From positions 33,294,001 through 33,358,000 of the forward strand of contig OZ076421.1 of NCBI GenBank assembly GCA_964187785.1: 64,000 nucleotides of DNA, in the 5' to 3' direction. The stretch is from Amphiscolops sp. MND2022. Its lineage: Eukaryota. The notes beneath the pieces are model-generated. The model saw only the letters and a program-made list of their open reading frames with translations. It was not told the origin of the DNA and ran no database searches. Both the position numbers and the translations under genes were made by a program. Positions 62,787 to 64,000 of the stretch are shown piece by piece; positions within the stretch are counted from its first letter, which is position 1, and each line of letters opens with the position of its first letter.

Positions 62787-64000
62787 TTTCGCCACGACTC
62801 CAATACAACGAACTGATATCTGTCCGACAATACATCAGATCGGACCCCCCAACGCAAACCTTCCACCAATACAATCAGCAATTGATGGGCTACCCCTCTG
62901 TTGTCTGGCAGCAGCAGATGGAAAAAGCTACCATCATCACCTACAATAACACCCATTTATTCCAGAAACCAATTCCTGTTTGGGACCCTGATTACACCAC
63001 CACCTTTACTACCCGGTTCAGGCCTATTCCCCTAATCGATGATTACAATCCAACATACATCGATCCAGACTACGGCAGAGATCCCTATTGGGACACCGAG
63101 CTTTACAACCAACATTCACTGCAATTTCAATATGTCCTGGACGATATTGACCATTACAACAGAACAGTCCACGAGAATCCTCCAATTACCCATAACAAGA
63201 AAACACGAGCGCTAATTGAAAACTGGCAAATGAATGATGGTACAAACCACCCAGTGTTCCCAAACCCACTGGGGACCGAGAATCCTGAAAACAGTGGTGA
63301 AACCACGCCACAATCATTGCTAGACGAAAAACAATTCCAGAACGTACTTATCACCAGAGAAGGTGAACCAGACTGTATACCCCTGTCAACCAACATCAAC
63401 CTCAAATGCAAAAAACGCATGCTTTATTTCCCAATGGACTTTGGGGAATTGACCATTGATGGATTAATAGACACCGGAGCACTCTCCAGTGCAATCCCTG
63501 AAATGGACCTCCGGAAAATCCGCCTTCTATCTCCACAATCTGTTATCCGAGAAGGTCCCCCTCCGAACTTCCAAATCATGGTCGCTAATGGGCAACTGGA
63601 AACTCCTAAGAGTACCATAGAGCTCAAATTCGAAGTTGGTGACATTGAGTTCCATGAAATCTTTATAGTAATGGAACATTTGACAGGACCGATCATTGGA
63701 CTAATGTTCCTTCAAAGAAACGATACAGTGCTGGACATGAGACAAGGGATACTGAATTTCCCGTTCTTTTCAATGCAGCTTAAAACGACTGACCATAAGT
63801 ATTCAAATGTATTAGAACCAATTCTCAACCCTATTGAGATAACAATTCCACCAAATGACAAAGTCCTAATTAGGACCAATTCCCTACTCTACCCTGAGAA
63901 TGCTGTCACTGGAATTTTGCAACCGAGCGACCTTCTACATGAGGAAGGCGACATCACATTTTGCCCAGCTTTGGTCACTCTGAATGATGGCAATATATTG
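62777..64000 (+). CDS. pol: Pol N-terminus, expressed by a predicted -1 frameshift; aspartic protease
   Basis: A AAA AAC at 62777-62783 lies directly before the gag TAA. The -1 frame is open to the window end, with LIDTGA at ~63464-63481. Confidence 0.9.

Larger units (their letters stand above)
59920..64000 (+). mobile_element. Gypsy LTR retrotransposon, apparently intact 5' part, continuing beyond the window
   Basis: 5' LTR 59920-61659 (TGTCG...CGACA), PBS TGGTGACAGGAG at 61660, open gag and open pol. Confidence 0.9.

Overview
AT-rich eukaryotic DNA, most likely from an animal because BEL/Pao elements are present. The window is a nest of LTR retrotransposons with one 200-N assembly gap and no recognisable host gene. 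Left to right: (1) the 3' end of a Gypsy element (antisense gene, ORF-X, LTR 4665-6198); (2) a degenerate Gypsy element with gag, pol, extra ORFs and a class III-fusogen-like env (~7560-29900), interrupted by a TA-flanked DNA transposon (13559-17886) and a non-autonomous BEL-like element (23291-27553); (3) a complete 15,041-bp Gypsy element on the minus strand (32051-47091, TSD ATTCT); (4) a degenerate BEL/Pao element (48097-54163, TSD TCGAG); (5) a decayed accessory gene (57130-59919) interrupted by (6) an apparently intact Gypsy element running off the right edge. The main observation is a repeated architecture in these Gypsy elements. Between pol and the 3' LTR sits an antisense, multi-intron gene encoding a BED-type zinc finger and a hAT-transposase-like body that appears to lack catalytic residues; three very divergent copies share intron positions. 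It is paired with a divergently oriented ORF-X that carries a SUMO-interaction-like motif and ends inside the LTR. Gag also starts 125-200 codons inside the LTR. All alignments were made by eye, and domain calls need HMM or structure confirmation.
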